Of a stretch of DNA of 64,000 bases, positions 61,570 to 64,000 are shown piece after piece. Origin of the DNA: Antechinus flavipes (Eukaryota). Both the position numbers and the translations under genes were made by a program. Numbering within the stretch: the stretch's first letter is position 1; each line of letters opens with the position of its first letter. Where the stretch lies: NCBI RefSeq assembly GCF_016432865.1, contig NC_067398.1, positions 83,824,001 to 83,888,000 of the forward strand. The letters run 5' to 3'. The notes below the pieces were generated by a model. It worked only from the letters and a program-made list of their open reading frames with translations. It searched no databases and had not been told where the DNA came from.

Positions 61570-61790
61570 ATTGTTGTTGAGTCATTTTTCAGTCCGGTCT
61601 GTCTATGACCCCTTTTGGGGTTTTCTTATCAAAGTAAATGGAGTAGTTTACCATTTCCTTCTCCAGATCAATTTACAAATGAGGAAACTGAGGCACAAAG
61701 CATTAAGTGATTTGCTCAGCTACTATGTATTTGAACTCAAGTGTTTCTGACTCCAGGCTGGGCACTCTTTTCACTGTACCATCTATCTGT
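61570..61790 (-). mobile_element. MAR1-like CORE-SINE
   Basis: GTCATTTTTCAGTCCGGTCTGTCTATGACCCCTTTTGGGGTTTTCTT...TTTACAAATGAGGAAACTGAGGC...CTGACTCCAGGC. Confidence 0.75.
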
Positions 61791-62559
61791 CCCAATCTGG
61801 CATACAGTAAGTACTTAAAAACTGACTCTTAAATGAAAAGTCAGATAGAAGGAATGGAGCTCCTTATGGAAAAGAGGGGAGGAGGTAGCCTTTTTCTGTC
61901 CTCTCCAGATTGACCTATTCATCTAGGAACATTCAATATCCTATCTTCTCTGGGCTCAGAAGCCAGATGTCCAGGCTTCAGGCATCAGGTACCAGTGGTT
62001 CCTTCTCCTATTCCCTCCAGAGAAGGTTGTCTTTAGGCTTCTATATCTCCTCTTTCAGTAGGACATTGTTGTGACTGAAACTGAATCCCAGCACCTCTTC
62101 TATTTTCCCACTTATACCTTAGCTAACCAGGAATGCCTTCTTTGTTGATCAGGAAAACTGAGATCAGAGAGCGGAAAGGATTAACTGCTGAAAGTCATAC
62201 AGTGAGTCACTGGTTCTCTGGAGTCCCAACCTATAGTCTGAGTGCAGGAATGGTGTAGAAATCGTATTGCTTCTTCATCTTTCTTTCCTTCTCCTTTATC
62301 TTCCTTCACCCAAAAAGATACCTTAGTAGAATATAAACTACTGGCTCTTCCCTTAAGCAAGTGTCTAGGTCTCATTTTCCCCATCTCTATAATGGGGCTG
62401 TCTTAGAGGTAGAGGTGTTTTGCAATGACCACTGATCTTGGAGTCCGAAGAACAGGGTTCAGGACCACTTACTAGCTAGCTGTGTAGCTTTGAAGAAATC
62501 CATTTATTTCTGGAGCCTTCATCTCCTCATCTGTAGAAGCTAATTTCTTTTTGTTTTAA

Positions 62560-63130
62560 ATTCAGTTTAATTTTATTTTCAGTTTTGAATTCTCTCTCCC
62601 TACTCACCCTCTCCTACCTATTGAGAAGGCAAGAAAAACAAAACTAATAACAAATATGTATAGTCAGGTAAAAAAGAAAAATTCCTGCTTTGAACATGTC
62701 CAAAAAAACCCTAAAATTCAAAAAGAAAACAAAACATGCTTCAGACTACACTCTAACTCCATTGGTTCTCTATCTGGAGGTGGATAGAATGTCTCATCAT
62801 CGATGCTTTGGAATTGTGATGGATCATTGTGTTGATCAGAGTTCCTAAGTCCTTCAAAGTTAATTATGATTATAATATTTTTGTTACTGTATGAAAGGTT
62901 CTCTGGTTCAGCTCATTCCAGTTCTGCATCAGTTCAAATAAGTCTTCCCGGTTTCTCTGTACTCATGCCCTTTATGGTGTATGTTTTGCAAGATTGAAAT
63001 GTGTGTAACCTATATAAAATTACTGTCTTAGAGACAGGGGAGATGAAAGAGGGAGAAAGAATATTTGGAAATCAAAGGTTCTTTTTGGTTTGTTTTTAAT
63101 GAACTCCTGTCCTTTATCATTTCTTGTAGC
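62560..63130 (-). mobile_element. Older L1 3' UTR fragments
   Basis: TTTTATTTTCAGTTTTGAATTCTCTC...GTTCTGCATCAGTTCAAATAAGTCTTCCC; boundaries approximate, possibly more than one piece. Confidence 0.6.
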
Positions 63131-64000
63131 ACAAAAGTAATTCTATCACATTCACATATGGTAATTTGTTCCACCATAAACCTGATTTCTCTGGATTAGG
63201 TAGGTACTTCCCAGACTGAATACACTCCCTCTGCCAATTTCTCATCTGTTAAATAGGAATAATAAGATCATAGACTGATCTGGAAGGGGCCTTATAAGCC
63301 ACCCATAGCTCTCTGGTTATAGATGAGGGTTAAGTGACTTGTTCAAAGTGTTCAGGTTAAGTGGCATTTAAACACATATCTCTCACTCCAAAGCCAGCAT
63401 GCTGGCTGCTAAATTGTGCTACTTACTTAACAAGCTGTTGTGAAGAAAGCTCATTGTAAAATGTAAGGTGTCCTAGAAACCGAAACTGCTATTGTCAATT
63501 CAATTCACCAACACGAACGTGTCTTGAGCACAACTACTATGTGCAGATCCCCATTGAGATGAGACACGGTAATGACCCAAGGAATCTCACAGTTTGGCAA
63601 GGCACAAATGAATGACTTTCTGACCAAAGCCCCTGCTTTTCAACTTTTTTCTAAGGGGAGATTCTTCTCCTCTGCTAGAGGCCCCAAGAAAGGCAAGGAA
63701 CTGGAGTTATTTTGGGTAAAGACCTCCCTTTTCCACCCCCAAGTAGGAGGTGAGGTAACCCGAGTTTTAGTCCCGGATCTGCTACTAATTCCTTAAATAA
63801 CATGGAGCAAAATCCTTTCCTCAGTCTGGATCTCAGTTTCTCCTTTTCAAAATGAGGGAGATCACACCAGATGATTTCTAGAATGATAGAACCTGTGGAG
63901 AAAGCATAAAACAGAATTTTAGAGCTGGAAGGGACTTTAGAGACCATATAACCCGGCCCCCTCATTTTGCAGATGGGTAAACTGAGACTCTCAAAAAGGA

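Noticed and set aside
26800-64000. 3' exons of the expected upstream neighbour (RBM5 in human synteny) or any other protein-coding gene
   Set aside because: No matching coding sequence seen; the neighbour probably lies beyond the window.

Overview
Marsupial genomic DNA, most likely an Australian dasyurid-type species. This is inferred from WSINE1-like SINEs, MAR1 CORE-SINEs and marsupial L1 3' UTRs. The only gene evidence is the 5' end of semaphorin-3F (SEMA3F) on the minus strand: a CpG-island promoter (~25380-26800), a probable non-coding exon 1 ending at a GT donor at 25693, intron 1 (~7 kb) and the first coding exon (exon 18579-18739, CDS 18579-18690; signal peptide MPAAVLLFWASLLTGAWPAALTKDYLFATPRVQLSFK). 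Positions 1-18578 are intron 2; I could not find exon 3 in the window. Positions ~26.8-64 kb are repeat-rich upstream intergenic DNA (L1, L2, L3/CR1, MIR, MAR1, WSINE1, microsatellites, one 282-N gap) with several small CpG-retaining, motif-dense islands that look like enhancers. Nearly all ORFs in the supplied track are spurious. I found no convincing new multi-gene system. The most interesting leads are regulatory or transposon-related: a CTCF-like motif in the young L1 3' UTR, a hairpin Tc1/mariner-type MITE in intron 2, a uORF whose stop codon coincides with a candidate alternative donor, a candidate second or antisense promoter in intron 1, orphan CpG islets, an old local duplication and nested retroposon insertions. 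Repeat family names and many repeat boundaries come from pattern recognition and are approximate; they were not produced by RepeatMasker.
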